From: Amoebophrya sp. A120 | Taxonomy: Eukaryota; Protista; Dinoflagellata | Length of the DNA: 64,000 nt | Direction: 5' to 3' | Assembly: GCA_905178155.1 (NCBI GenBank) | Contig: CAJINV010000002.1 | Span: forward strand, 11,283,184 to 11,347,183 | Part shown: positions 1-13,801 of the stretch, one piece after another | How the letters are laid out: each line of letters starts with the position of its first letter | Position numbering within the stretch: the first letter of the stretch is position 1 | The notes under the pieces: generated by a model | Told to the model about the DNA's origin: nothing | The model's database searches: none | What the model saw: only the letters and a program-made list of their open reading frames with translations | Translations under genes and position numbers: made by a program

Positions 1-929
1 TCCTCGCAATGGTGAAGACCGCATATCGCTTTTGTTTTGACTGCTTATGCTTTCATTTTAGTTCAGCCCTGAGATCACGATCGGGACATCTAACTGCGTC
101 TTCGAAAGAAAAAACGAAGACTGATGGCCAACCCGTTACCTGTTTGCTCGCCTGGCGATTGTCAAGCTGTTTGCTTTGCCCCCGTCGCTCCAGTTTATAA
201 TTGCCGGGCGATCTCGCTCGGACGCATCAAAACTGTGCTTTCACCCGAATACCCGGGCAGCGCAAGAAATCAAAAATACTCACACGAGTCACCCGGAACC
301 TTGCGCCAACGCGAATACTGACACTGCAATGCAGAATCTAAAAAATGGAAGTCTAGACAGACACTGGCGTAACCGGAGCGACCTGGTACTATTTATACAG
401 AGTGTTAATGTCTTTGCAGCATTTTCTTCATTGTACAGTTTTTTTCGTGCAGTTGGATGCAGCGATTTTTATTTCCTTTTTGCATTGTATGTAATCAATA
501 TAATGCTGCGTGCTTACTTCATTATCATCATTTATGGCTGTAATTTGCACAGATTCTTTGAAATAAGATCGCGATGCTATCCCCAACCCTCGTTTTCAAA
601 AAAATCAACCAGGCCCCGCTGTTTCTTCCTATTCTTGGAATGTTATTCGAAACGCGGGCGACTCTACATTTTGTCTTTATCTGAATCGAAATATTGAACC
701 TTACCTCCCATTTTCTCACACATAATGAGAAACAGCCGACACATAGAGAAGCCAACATAAAGTAAAATTTATAAGTAAATGCGTGCTATCTTCATCAATA
801 GCGAAGTTTACGACTAAGATTGCGTTAGTAACTATAGCGAAGTTTACGCCTAAGATGCTCGAAGATTACGATGCAACTCGTACCGGTGCCATCGTATCCT
901 GTCGCTGTGGTGCGCCGTACCTTGTGCAA

Positions 930-3900
930 CTATCGTGTTGCGACTTCACAATTGACCACGTCGATCACTTGTAGGAGCGGAAGCTTGGGCCGCCTCTCGT
1001 CTTCCGCTTCCTGGGTTTTGAAATCGATCACCTGCGTGGCATTGTATACCGACACGCCGGCGTTCTGCCTTTTGCCCCTGGTGCACCGGGAAGTGGCCTT
1101 CACGCACGCCGAACAGAAGTACCCGACGGTGCAATGCCGCACCTCCACATCAGAAAGCTCTTCCTTGCAGGCGAGGAAATTATGTGTGACCTGGACTCAT
1201 CGAGTGCAAATTACATCATGACCGGGTGGTCGTCTGCCAATAGAGTGCACAACGTTATGGTGCAGCGTCTACACCACCACGGGCTCAATAATTGTGTATC
1301 TCGTCTTCACTGGACGACGATGACGTTGACGATGATGACGATCAATACTTATGAAGTTGCGCAGTGCAAGTTTTTAAAATACTTACGCTTTTTTGTGTAC
1401 AGCTGTGTCACAGGTCCGAACCCTTTTCACTATTCCGAGGGAGGGTTCGGTCAACATTTTCAAAAAACCAAAGGAAACCAATACGTATTCGAATTCGTCG
1501 CTACTACAGCTATTTATTTTTATTTTCATCCTGCATGACGAGGAAGTGAGTGCCCCCGCACCCGGTCCATGTGAAGGTTTTTTGCCTTCGTTCTCGTGCA
1601 CAGCAGCAGCACCCGGAGATGTTTACAATTTTCACTTCGTATGTCACTTGCGTCGATATTGTACGGAGACGGAAACCCCGACGCGCCCAACCCAACGCCC
1701 TTCTTGTACACGAGGACCCCGCGCGTGCGGTTCACCCCAACGGTCACTTGGTCACAGATCCACTGGACATCTGCAAAAGAAAACGGCGCGCGGTTTTGTA
1801 GGCCCTCGAGCTCCGTGCCGTTCGCTTCCACGTATTTCGTTTTGAACGTCACCGCGTCGCCCGCTGTGCAATTCCTGGTCTTGGTGCGCACGTACGGAAT
1901 TACGGCAGCCCGGCAGGGGCGCGTCATCTGCACGTAGTCGGCTGTAGTGACTGACTCCCACGCCGTATCCAAGAAAAAAACGCTGTTAGTGTAAATTGGT
2001 GATGCGCAACATGCAAAGTGATTGCGTCTGTCATGCTTGGCATGCATTGTAGGTCCCATTACAGGGCGTTTTCGCATACTATCTGCGCATGACAGGTTTT
2101 TGCTGTCATGCCACACAGATTTGTGATGCTGTTCCTCCAAAAGAGTTACACCTACAGCGTTTTTTTCTTGGATACGCCGAATCTCCGGATGCGGGGTGCT
2201 CCGACTTCAGCTCGCAGGTAATGCCAGTGCTGTTGTACTTCTGAAACACGAATCCAGTGCACGCCATGCTCCGTGCGCACAATTCCCGGCATTCTTCGAA
2301 TGTCTTGCTCTCCGCGACGTCTTCAAGCGTGTTTCCTGTCAGCTGCTTGTTGCCTTCTCGTATCAAATGTAAAATCTGTATCTGAAACTGAATATTTGAT
2401 GTCGCGCTCTGGAAAGTAACATCAACATCAAGCGCGGGCGCTTCATTTGCAATGCACATCTTGGTTGTGTTACGTAAATTAGCAGACGTATCACAAATTC
2501 AGACTCAGACATCGACATGCACTGCAATGCATATCTCGTGCGCAGAGTCCATTGATGTTGTTCGCGGGGTAGTAGGACTGGGGGAATCCCTATCCAAGAA
2601 AAAAATGCGTATAGACTAGTGGAAAAATAACCTGCTGCAATGCAGAACATACAACCGACACACAGCCATTGCGCTGATGTTAGTGAAATACTTTTAGGTG
2701 GTCAAGTCATCACGAGCGATCATGACTAACTTTACGCAGGCACCGCTGGTCCTGGTGCTGGTAGTGATAAAAGTAAATGAGGAGCGCAAGATCTCGCTCC
2801 TCCATGGACAAAAAGTCGCCAGATGACTAGTCTTTCTCGTGTTAGTGCGCAGGCTTCGGAAGTTCTTGTTTTCTGTCATGCGCAAGGAGGATTGCCGCAG
2901 AGATGTTCACCTCTAAAGAAGGAGACAATACGCTTCTTTCCCGGGATAATTTCGCAAATCGGCAGGCTCGTGTCATTCTGGTGTAGTCCGTCTGCGCCAA
3001 CGCTACCCTAGTCCCATAATCGTGCACCGCTTTCACCACACAATTGTCTTCCGTGTCTGCCAGACCGTTCACAAATGAAAAGCCCTCGCAAGTACCCTCT
3101 GCCGCGCACCACGCTAGGCATTCGTCGTACGTTTTATGTCCCGGCACCCGGTCGTCTGGGCCTCCGGCGCCTGGGTTGCCGTCCAGAGCATTGCCTGGGT
3201 GGTCATGGTCAACGTCCTTCCCGCAGGCATCGTTGATATCAATCGGCGGGTAGTACTGCAAAGGCGCCTTTGCGGCTCGACAATCGTCCGTCATGACCGT
3301 GTAGTCGGTCCCGTCGTCGTCGCTTACGTCGGTTTCGTTGTGTTGACCTTTCGCCGCGCAATTGTCTTCTTTGTAGTTTTGTTCTTGTCGCACGTGGACA
3401 AATCCCGTGCAATTTATTCCGGTGCAGGACCTTACCGCCAGCGTATCAAAATACGGATTATTTGTACTTTATATTTACTTTCGTTTTCACCAAAAAAAAA
3501 ACCGCAACCGGTCGAGTGTAAACAACAAAACTCTCCGCCCGCCCGGCGCCTTGGGAGGGGTAGGCACAAAATGCCTTGCTTTCATATGTGTAAATGTTGA
3601 TACCAACAGTTGTATAGATACCTAGCGTATCAGAGCAGATATTTTCATTATCTTTCACAAATTCAGCCGATAATCCTCCTCCGGTAGGCTGTTTTCACAG
3701 GGACCGTCCGGGCGGTTGGCTGGACCCTAGCTGCAACACTACATTTTCATGTTGAATCATAAATGACCACGAGCACGACTGGTTTTTCATATTATAGCTG
3801 GCTAGTCTTTGGTCCTGGAGAGACTACAGCACATGATACCTCCGACAGTCATCTATTATAATTAACTAGCTTCTACCAATGAAGGTCGGCCCGGCGGCGT

Positions 3901-6900
3901 TCGCGGGAAGTGGTGATCATTTCTGGAAAACAAGTGCATATCTCACGGTACTAGTGGTAAGGTGCTGCATCTCAATACAGTCGGAATTTTTCGCACACCA
4001 ATCAAGACACTCATCGTATGTTAGGCGACCCTTGACGCGGCCGCCTGTACCCCCTGCAATGAGATCCTTGCCGTTGAGAGTCTTGCGGAGCTGCTTTTCG
4101 CATACGTCGTCAATGTCCTGGTGTAGTGCGGACCGACACTCGTCGGTCATCTGCACGTACGTCTGCCCCTGCTGGTCCACTACGTCAAGATCGTCGTGGG
4201 ATGTCTTTATTACACAGTTGTCCGCGGTTGAAGCAGCTCCACCATCGTGCACAACTCCTATCCAACTCAAAAATTGATTTACCGGACATCAGCCCATAGA
4301 TAGACATACCAATGCAGACGCTCTTGCAGCGTAGATGAACTCGTGGCGCCTTCAACAAAGAAAGCAAATCCATGAGAGAGCCTGTAAAACTCTTGGCGCA
4401 GGGCCGCTAGTACTCAACATTGATGTTCTTTCACAAAATACAAGCCTCCTCCGTTTATTCGCGATCCGAAGGATTTTTCTGTGCATGTCTGAAACTGAAG
4501 TTCAATTATATGATTTTTTTACTATCCAGATCTGTCGCTTGTTATTTCTACACTTTGACTTTCTTGATATGAAGGAAACCACCAAAGAAATTTATTTTCT
4601 CTGGCGGCTACAGAGCGAGCGTATCCCCGATGATATGCGGCAAATCTACAGTATTTCTATTTGCCTTGCATAAAACCCGTGCAGTCACTCGATCTGCGGC
4701 ACCAATCCCGGCACTCCTCAAAGGTGAGATGACCCGGCACGAGTCCTGAGGCGAGATCTGCCGCGTTGTGACCATTGAGATTCTTATTTTCCTTCCGTTC
4801 GCAGACATGCTATTCCATGGAAAGTCGCTGTCGTCCAACCGTACTGCTACCACACCTCCAGCTGCTTCCCCATTTTGTTAGGCGAAAGTCAAAGTGGCTG
4901 GTGCCACTGCTTCGGCAAAAGAAATTTGCATTGTTGCTCCACTACGGCGCGGAGCCTGACATTGTCTTGAAAAGGCAACCCATGGCCATGGATAGCAAGA
5001 AGTACAAGTGTGCAACAATGCTCCGCCTGCCGCTGCTGGTGCTGATCATGCATACGCATTTCCAGTGATTTGTTACTTTGACGAGAACTTGAAATGTGCA
5101 GCTGCGGCTGCCTTGCCAGTAGGCTACATGATTCCACGAGCGATGATCGGGCCTTCCTCGCTCGGGGATGTGAGCAACTTTCGCAACGTCTTGCCAGAAG
5201 ATGCTAGAGGGTCCTACTTCAAAATCAAAAAGAAAACAACAACTGGAAATATTGAATCGGTAGTTTGATGTGGAGCAGAATGGACTAGGATATCACGCAA
5301 AAAAGTGTTAGCGGTAGCGAAACTTTTCATCTCCTATGTACGGCATACGTGCAGAGGCGGTTGGGATTCGTATCGCACGGAACGCACGTTGTTTGCGACT
5401 TTTTGTAGTTTGTTTGCAGGAGCCCGCCGTCGATGCACCAATCTCACTAACGATACACACTTTCTTGACCGATATACAACGCCCACTTTCCAATATTATA
5501 CATCGTCGACGCTGAGTGAAGTTACCGCTGCGTGTAGCCCGGTCCTTGTGATTTTCTTTGAGAACATTCCCGAGGATAGCGAGGTCGTCGTCCCTGCTGT
5601 TGCTTTGTCCTGTCCTTGTCCTCCGCTCTTCGTCCTTTTGGAATGAGACAAAGCTGCTCCCGAGGTCGTTCCCGTTGCTTGAGGCTCGCCCGCTCCGTCC
5701 TGAAGAGGCACAGGAGCGGCAGAGCCAGCCATCTCCTTCGCCTTGGCGTCTTGAAGATTGCCAGACTGCACCACATTGAATTTCAGCTTGTTTCCGTTTG
5801 GATTCGCTGTCACGCCGAAGCTCATCGCGGTCCCGGAAGTACTTGACGAAACGGCGAAATCCATTCGTTTCGCGGCAGCCTCCATCACGTTCACCGTCAT
5901 TCTTTTCGCAGTGGCAGCAAGCTTCTTTTGCTTCTCTTTCTCGCTTGCAACCCGTTTTCGCAGCAATTCCGCGGCAACATCACTGGGGCTCTTGATCAGT
6001 TGCGCAGGTTGTCGATGCTTTTGGCCAACATCGGCTTCCATTGTTCCATGTTTGTTGGTTGCCTCCCTTACCCTTGCATTGGCCTCCGTGCTTGGTTGCA
6101 GTCCGGCCTCCGGTTGCTTCGACCGAAGCAGTTTAGCCTGCTCCTGCGTCTTCAGCTCCTTCAGCATGGCAATCCTTTCCTGCGAAGTCTCGCCCACGAT
6201 CTGGCGCGACGCCCCTCCTGGGGTACTCTTGTGTTCGCCGCTCCCGAAAATGGTTTCGGTGGCGGCCTCAGCTACAGGTTCGCCCTCGCGTGTGGTTCTC
6301 CGGATCATTTGCGTCGGCCCGATCACGGTACTCGGACCTGCGTTCGACTGCGACTTCGTTGTATGCAATACAAATACTGTGTCTCTGTTGTGGCACACAC
6401 ACGGTCTGGACAGAGATTCATCTCATTCATCAGTTAGTCACTCGATACAGGCTTTACGGACTGCAATGGAGTGATAAGCGCTCACTACAAGAAAGTAGTG
6501 GCCAACAAGAAAACCGCGGCAGCGTGAACGTTCGTGTTCGTCGTCATGCAACAACAAGGGCCCTGCATAGTGTTACTCAGACTTTCAATTCTGGTAAATA
6601 CGATTGGGAACAAAAAGTTTCTGATGCTTGGTTGGCCTAGAGGCTGTGTGAAGAAGATAGAGCGTTGACATTCCCGCAGTCGATCTCGATTCTAGATTCT
6701 TCAGCATCACAGATATGCAGATGAGGACCGTGGCCACCTGAGCAAGACATGCATACTAAAATAATAGAAGGCATTTGTGTATCATACGTTTCCTCTTCTT
6801 GGTCTACAGTCTCTTCTTCCGGTACTTCATCCTGCTGCACTTGAATTGTGTGGCTTGGAACGACATTTGTGATCACTTCGGTGCCTTCGCTCTTCATCTT

Positions 6901-7710
6901 CTTGAATGCCTTGTTTTCGACTGCTCGTGCAGGCGTAGCAACTTCTTGCATATTTTCCTCTCTGTTCATGCCGCCACTTGAAGGCGCTGCTGCTGCCTTA
7001 TTCCTTTTGTCATTTGATGCATGAGCAGCAAGCTGCGCCACGGCTTTTCCTTTTTCGCTCTCGTAATCTTGTGCGCGTTTTTTCGCGAGGCTCTCTCTGC
7101 TGTAGTTCGGGTGTCCAGCGGGTCTTTGTCGGGCAGAGGCACTTGTCGGCTGCACCTCCTCGAAGGCTGATGCGCTTTCATTTTCCGCTTCCCTGGATGC
7201 CGCAACCTCGCTGTTTCTTCTGGTCGCGGTTTCTGTGTCGGCTTCGCTCGACGTGGCCTGCCCACCAATAGTATTTTCCGTGGTGGACTTCTTTGTCTTT
7301 CCTGTGTCGAGCCTTCCTTGCTCAACAATCAGGGTCATAAATTTCTGGGTTTTGACTCCGCTCCCGCCGATACCACTACTTCCTTGCGAGACTATCTGCG
7401 CCGTCCCCTCGTTTCGCGGTAGAGCCCGGCTGTGCTGGTAGGCCGCGGCAAAAAAGCCATGACCGACGGTGAGGGAATGAAGGGCGGGATGAAAACACCA
7501 ACTCCAGCAGTATGCGGAAATCAAGCACAGAAAAAATCGTCCCGGAGCAATCTGCTCAGAGGGGCCAAGTGTGACCCGTTTTCTTTTCCAGCTCGGTGCG
7601 GCGCTGAGTGCTGGTGAACCATCACCATCGTCTACACTGCACGATCGTGGTCGCTTCGCCGTCAAAATAGGCGGAAAAGCTAAATTACAATCGGCGGGTG
7701 ATTGCAGCAT
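930..7710 (-). CDS. Multi-exon microneme-like protein: low-complexity N-terminus, four PAN/Apple domains, Cys-rich C-terminal domain. Exons: ~7430(or further 5')-6788, 6357-5502, 4806-4674, 4254-3979, 3410-2950, 2586-2535, 2356-2176, 1961-~1660, ~1176-930
   Basis: Removing seven TAT..ATA elements plus 5 nt each gives one frame with four repeats of xC(E/G/A)...(T/L)(F/Y)(E/D)EC..WC....C.GF.....NC..K......Y..MT..CR (e.g. TFEECRDWCRRSSDCTGFVH, TYDECLDWCAKNSDCTGFVH, TYDECLAWCAAEGTCEGFSF, TFEECRELCARSMACTGFVF). Exon lengths are frame-consistent. 5' end and the 1176-1660 intron are unresolved. Confidence 0.8.
1966..2174. mobile_element. Introner, TIR tatccaagaaaaaaacgctgt, TSD cgccg
   Basis: Near-perfect TIRs; exact cgccg at 1961-65 and 2175-79; removal joins ...SGDSA|WESVTT in frame. 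Confidence 0.92.
2361..2533. mobile_element. Introner, TSD tctcg
   Basis: tat...ata ends; exact tctcg at 2356-60 and 2534-38; joins LCARE|GNKQLTGN. Confidence 0.85.
2591..2948. mobile_element. Introner with ends similar to 1966-2174
   Basis: tatccaagaaaaaaatgcgta versus reverse complement tatcccgggaaagaagcgta; flanks atccc/atttc; joins CRFAK|FPQSYYP, parallel to CRAAKAPLQYYP in the previous repeat. Confidence 0.8.
3415..3977. mobile_element. Introner
   Basis: TIR tattccggtgcaggaccttacc / tattgagatgcagcaccttacc; flanks caatt/cagtc; joins KNSDC|TGFVH. Confidence 0.88.
4259..4672. mobile_element. Degenerate introner
   Basis: tatccaac.../...ccttgcata; flanks actcc/aaacc; joins SDCTGF|VHDGG. 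Confidence 0.78.
4811..5500. mobile_element. Introner (690 bp)
   Basis: TIR tattccatggaaagtcgctgtcgt / tataatattggaaagtgggcgttgt; flanks catgc/catcg; joins SVDD|VCERKENKNLNG, matching DIDDVCEKQLRKTLNG of the next repeat. Confidence 0.85.
6362..6786. mobile_element. Introner
   Basis: TIR tatgcaatacaaat / tatgatacacaaat; flanks cgttg/cgttt; joins ORFs 6637-7710 and 5496-6398 in frame (EEET|KSQS). Confidence 0.82.
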
Positions 7711-9772
7711 CGTCGTTTACCCAAACGGAAGGTCGTTCTCGTTTCTGTTTTCGCAGCCTTCGCATGGCAGTTGCAGCTGCTGTGCTTGCCAGCAGGCCAT
7801 CACGGTAGGAAAGGGAAATGCGTCCTGTTCCTCACATATTTATTCTCCCGTCAACTAAAGGTCGGACTCTCTACTGGCGAGATGATGAGTGTGGATACAC
7901 CTGGCCCTTGACTGGTCCGCCGTGCCTGGGGCGACCGGGGGTCCACGGCAAACGCGGAACAGAGTCAATGGAGCTACTTAAGTGCTAGTACAGCGCACGT
8001 CGAGAGTCTGTGTATTTTTCACCTGTATTTCTCTGGTTGCTTCGTCTGCGACCTTAATGGCCAGAAATAATTGGAACTACTTCTACTTTCTTTTTGCACT
8101 CGACATGATCGATGTACTCACGACCCGGCGCGTGAGTCCGCGAAAATGCAGGGACTACAGCACCTAAAGCTGGGCCTGGATCTTCATCTCGCTCAATTTG
8201 TGGCATTTCTATGGACGCGTCGTAGAGCGAAGCGGTCGGACAAGTTCATCTACCGTCAGTATTTACCTTGGCGTGTCCCGCTGCGAGAAAGTAGTTCAAA
8301 CAAGTCAGCAGGTAAAAACTTGCACTGATCCAGGTGTTCCTGCTGAGCTATCATTTTGCACAGCCTGACATTTTGAGAGGTGTCGGTGCGCAATGCGTTT
8401 CCCTCATTCCCGATCGCTCGCTCCGCGTCTACAACAACACTACGAATTGATCGACGGTAGCTTCTAGGTAGCTGTGATATGTTGACGAGTGGGGCAACGA
8501 ATTTTTACTTACCGCGAAGAGCGCCCGCCCCGCCTGTCACTCGTTCAACAGGGTGGAGCTCGGTCGATATGCTTTCGCCCGTTGAAACTTTCGCATTCCC
8601 TGTGAAATAATGCTGATGCACGGGGTCGCCTCTGCGCGGTTCGTTTCTAAGCCCACGGCAGATTATGCAAGACCCAGCACGCCCCCGACTAACAGTAAGA
8701 GTCAACATACGATTTGAGTTGTCCTCAGAAGCTGAAACACTGGTGTTAATACTCACATACATACAAATCATAAACTGAGACAGATTCTGAACAGTGAACG
8801 TGTTCGTGCGGGTGCGTCTACGATTTACTGAGCATCTCTCTCTGTCTCTGTCTCTCGATACCGAAAATTGTTGCGCGACAATACTAGCACACGAACAAAC
8901 GGAGCTGAACACGGACTAGATCAAGTCTACGTATGCATAGCAGTTTCATTGCCATGAATACGGTGACCAAGCGGACGCAACTCCACAACTGTCATGTTTT
9001 CGTTTTCCTGGTTTAGGATTTTTATATTTCCATGTTGTGCGTTTTATTCGTTTCGCAGGATTACATTTTTTCTCGTGCTAGAGATACAGATACTTCGTCT
9101 GAAGATTATGATGATCATCATCGATGCTGTAGTTAGAAATTACAGCTATATCTATGGTCCATTTGATGGACATATCGCCAAGAGGGGATTTGGTTTTGAA
9201 AAAAATGTTGCTGATACTGGCTGCTGAAGGAGTTGATGAATTGATTCGACATCTTGCTATACTGCATCTCTATGACACTTCGAGTTGACGAAATCAATAT
9301 CTTTTTGTGAGTTGTAGTGCCAACACGTAGAAGAAGGGGTGGAGCAGACCAGACGTGTTCTGGTGGTCGCTGGCAGATCAATCAGTTGACTTGTTTCTTT
9401 TCGTATCGGACTCCGCTGAGAAGACGAAGCTCGTCGTACGCTTGTCGTAAGTACCTCCGTTATATTTCAATATTTTTCATGGCTTCGTTTGCTTCCTTGT
9501 ACAATCAGACAGCAATCAAACTTTCATGCAGAAAGTTGTTTTGGGCACAGGTCGATCAACATATAATACGATGAGCTGTTTTTCTGCAATACAGAATCGC
9601 TCTTGGCGTTTGTTTGAATTTCTCCCTTCAAGGTGGAGAGTAGACGTAGACGCAAAGCACAAGAACTGTCCGCTACAGACTGACATCGTAATTAAATTGG
9701 TAACCGTGAATAAATTCTTTCTGCTGACAACCGCATCGCGGATAGTGATGGTTAGTACCAGTGTAGTGCCAT

Positions 9773-10400
9773 CTACGTGCACTTGAGCAATCCGCCTTCA
9801 CCTGACGCGTCGGGGCCCATCTGCTCTTCCGTCGTCGGCGTGTCCGGGCACTTGTCCGTGGCTTTCTGGCACGCATCGCAGATCTGTCCCACGGTGCAGG
9901 ACATGATGTCGATATCCGGCTCCTTGCACTCGACGAACCTGTAGTTCACGACCGGCGTGCTCGCGTTTCCCGCTTCCTCGCCGTCCGCCAGCGTGTGCAG
10001 CTTGATAGCATTTCGGGGTGTCGCGAGGTTCTTTTTGTAGTTCAAGAGCCCTCGAAACGGCAACTCGTTAGTAGTACCAGTCTCCGTTTTGGTCATCTCA
10101 GTGCAGATCCACTGCACGTCCGCGGTGTCGGTGACTTCAACGCCCGCATCGGGGCCCTTCATCGTGCAGTCGACACCCATGGACGCCTTTTTCGTACTTA
10201 CCAGCTTGCTCTTCGCCATGAGCCCGGCGGCAGACTTGGCCGCCGTAGTAGTTTTCGCTTTTTTCTCCATCATCATCGACGGCTTGGCCGACGCCGGAGC
10301 CTTGGGGTCCGCCGCCGACTTCTTGTTCTCCTGCTTCTTTGCTGCGTCTTTCAGCTTCTTCAGCGCCGGTTCGCCCTTGCGCTTCGCGAAAATTTTTCCC
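9773..10400 (-). CDS. Exon of a protein with a Lys/Ala-rich linker and a Cys-rich domain paralogous to the C-terminus of the Apple-domain gene
   Basis: ADVQWICTEMT...RGLLNYKK...FVECKEPDIDIMSCTVGQICDACQKATDKC aligns by eye with ADVQWICDQVT...RGVLVYKK...FLACKEELSDVEVRHCTVGYFCSACVKATSRC at 1770-1080. Other exons unresolved. Confidence 0.7.
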
Positions 10401-13400
10401 CCGCTATCCCTTTGGAATAAGAGGGATCATCAGACCAGGCAGCTAGCAACAAGATTTTCTTTTTTCCACGTTCCATATAAGTGATGCGCAGTACTACGGT
10501 GCTGCGGCTGCACACACTATCACTAGTAAAGTTCAAGACTGGCAACATGTATAATATTTCGCGCGTCCTCATTACTGAGCAATTGCATTTTTCACGCACA
10601 CCAAGGCTCGACTGCACCTTTTGAAAAAACCTTTGCACCGCTGGGGCAAGCAGCTTCGAACGCAATAGAGAAGTCTAGAAGGGTCAGCGCAGCGAAATAT
10701 GTCGCGAGTATTTCATCTTCATCATCATCATCTTCCGCCCCGCCGGGCCCGAGCTGCTAATCATGCAAATCTTTTCTTGGTACGGAGCAACGAGTACGAG
10801 TAGCAGTAGAAGTCATCTCTCTTCATCATAACCATGTTTTAATCGATGACCTCAAAATTTCCTCAGGATAAAGGGTGTATCCAGAGACGCCACTAGACGC
10901 GAGCTGCGTCGCGAACAATATCAAAGTAAGTGGACAACCCCCCTCCCCGCGACCCTCGATTCAAATTTATACTGCCGCGACAAGAGTACACAGCACACTT
11001 TGTGCAGATTGTATCTGGCACTCGTAATTGGCCTTGCTCTTCCATTGACACTACGAACTTTTGGTGCAAAATGAGATTTTGTGCTCGTGAATGAGAACTA
11101 GGGAGAAATGAGTTGTCCACTTTCGTAAAAATCGTCGACGCGGCGAGAGACCGGACTGCGACTCCCATCTTGTTTTTGGGTTGCTTTGGTGGTTCAGATT
11201 TTTCGGTCTGGTGAGTGCGTGCTCTCAGCTCTCAACACACTGTCACTGCTAAGCCTAGGTGCGGCTGGAGAAATTTTTGAATTGTTTTCTGGTTCCGCTA
11301 AAACTGCCAGCCGAAAGAAAAAGATGATGAACAGCTAGTAACTACACAGATGGATCGGGATTGGAATTACTGAGGTGAAAGTCCGGAGGCGTGGAGATTG
11401 AAATTTTCGCTACCGCCATGCTTCAGGTTCTGCTTCTGACATTAGTAAGACTAAGACATGATAAACTAACATGATTCAAAGTGAGTAGAACGCAAAATAA
11501 CAGAAAAACGTAAAATATTGCGAGTGGACGTCAACTATATGATTCATTCTAAGTATGGGTGATCGTTTCACGCTCGGCATCGTAGCCAGGGAGCCCCCTG
11601 CTTTATTCAGGAATCGGACTCATTTTGTTATTCTTGTTATCCTGGTCCTGCTACCCACGGCTGAACCTCTCAACCTTTTCCAATTATTGACCTGGTTCTC
11701 GATGCTATCGTAGTCTATCAAATACAAATGACAACCATACTGACCCGGAACGCGATGGAAACCCTGCGGAGCATGCTCCTGTTCTTCTGATTCTAGTAGT
11801 TAGAGCATGCACGTTCATCATGACAGAGTCAGCGACCACCACACTTAATGTGTAATTTCATTCTGCACTGGTGTTTGTTTTCGTTTTATCAGGTGCACAC
11901 ACTCACTCTCGCTCCGATTTCTACTTTGCCTTTCCGTCGGTCGTCGGACATCACGGTCAACAAGACAGGAGCGCAGCTTCATTTATTATCGTTCTCATAC
12001 CTCATAGCTCGACCTCGACGTAAAGAGCTTTCTACGTCTACCTATAAATATAAAGAAAATGGGTCATAAAGGTAAAGCTTGTACGGAAGCCCAACATGAT
12101 ACGAGCGATAATCTCAAACGGTTCAAAGTCGGAATTTCGAGACGTGGTGGAAGCATTTTGAAGCATTTTTGTTTATCTACAAAAGCCCCCACTACTCTAA
12201 CCAGTGCGAAAGAGTTCTTGTTCAAGTAGAAGACCAAGATCTAGATCATGACCATGAGCTGTATTATATTTGCTTTTGGCCCCACTCCAGGGAGAAGGAA
12301 CACGAGGCACGCGGTAGAGGTGCAGGTGGCGGAGTAGAAAACAAAATCTTCTTGCTCAGCACTAGACTTTTATCCTCTACGTCAGCAACTCGTGCTGCCG
12401 CTCGGTGCTTTATCTTTTTTCTTCTCTGCGCATCTTCGACTGTGCAAGAGTTTCCTCTTGCTCCAGAAGTACTACGGGCCTCGACGTGATTGATTTCGTT
12501 GGTTCTGGAAGAAGGTACAGACACACTGGTTCAAATTGTTCTCCTCGCGACGCTACTGACTAGAAGCATGTCAAAACTTGTGTTTCGTTTCCACTAGAAG
12601 CCGACTTGCAAAGTCACAGCCTAACGGTCGCGCTGTCTAAACATGGACAAGGAGCAGAAGCAGATGATCACGAAATACCAAAGAATAACTCCCCATGTAC
12701 CATCGAGCTTCGTGCAAAAAGACAGGTCCGGCTTTCGTTTTGGCTAGCAAGCAGCACGACGGCATCACCGTAGCCTTTTTTCATGATGGTTTAGGTCTTT
12801 TCGGGCCTCCGCCTGGCCATAAATTGCCTTCATATCTTTCTTTGCGTGACGACGAACTCTCGTGTGGGTACGTCGTTTTTCAAAAAGCTTAAGGTATTGC
12901 TCAACTGGGGAGCACTGGTCCTCCGGACGAAGATCCGCCTCCGATTCGACCCGCAGCAAGACTTGTGCTTGTCACTCCGACACCACTGCACGAGGCGTTT
13001 AACTTATGCCGGCGTCAGGCGGGCTTTCAGACGTCGTTTTTACGAGTCGGGGTAACGCAGTCATCATCCTGCAGTACTCATTCATTAGACTTCGACCAGG
13101 ATGAGTCAGAGGCAAGTTTGTTCTTTTGTTTTTCTTGATCGTCCACAAAATCAATACATGCACATGCCAAATGCGGAAGCCCCCGCTATCGAAGGCTGTA
13201 GAAAAGTGTCGCAGACAGCAGCTGAGGTGAGGACGACTGGCAACATACGAGTGTAAGACTAAGAGCAAGACAGCCTGACGCTTCCATAAAAAACCGGCCC
13301 CGGAGCCAGACACAATATGCAAAAGAAAAGCACAACTCAACCTCCTGTCCTCGTCGTAGTCATTGAGAAGGACAAGGACCTATATTAATTCGTCCTACTT

Positions 13401-13801
13401 ATTTTACATTCTTCAAATCTTTGAGCCGCACCTTGATGGATGGACGGCTTCACTTGAATTTCTTGGCACTGGCAGTAAGCACAAGAGGGACACCACATGG
13501 TGGACTAAACGAAGAAAACCAAAATATAATGAACAGTGTTGTGCAGCTTTCTTTCACAAGACAAACTTTTTTTCTCTGTAGGATCGCAGAAAAATGACTC
13601 TTACTCAATGCTGATTGTGTGGGCGTGCGTTTCCATTTCTTCGCATACACGACCTGGTCTTCAACAAAAGAGGTGGCATGGGACTTCGCTGTCCTGTTCT
13701 TATCGCACGGAAAGATACAACTGACTACTTCGAACGCGACGACATGCTTTTTCTAGAAATCAAAATAAATCGTACAAAAAAATCTGCTGCAATCCGAAGG
13801 C

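Noticed and set aside
5758-6474. Long plus-strand ORFs here and at e.g. 15358, 26953, 42247
   Set aside because: Antisense shadows of minus-strand exons with no recognisable domains.
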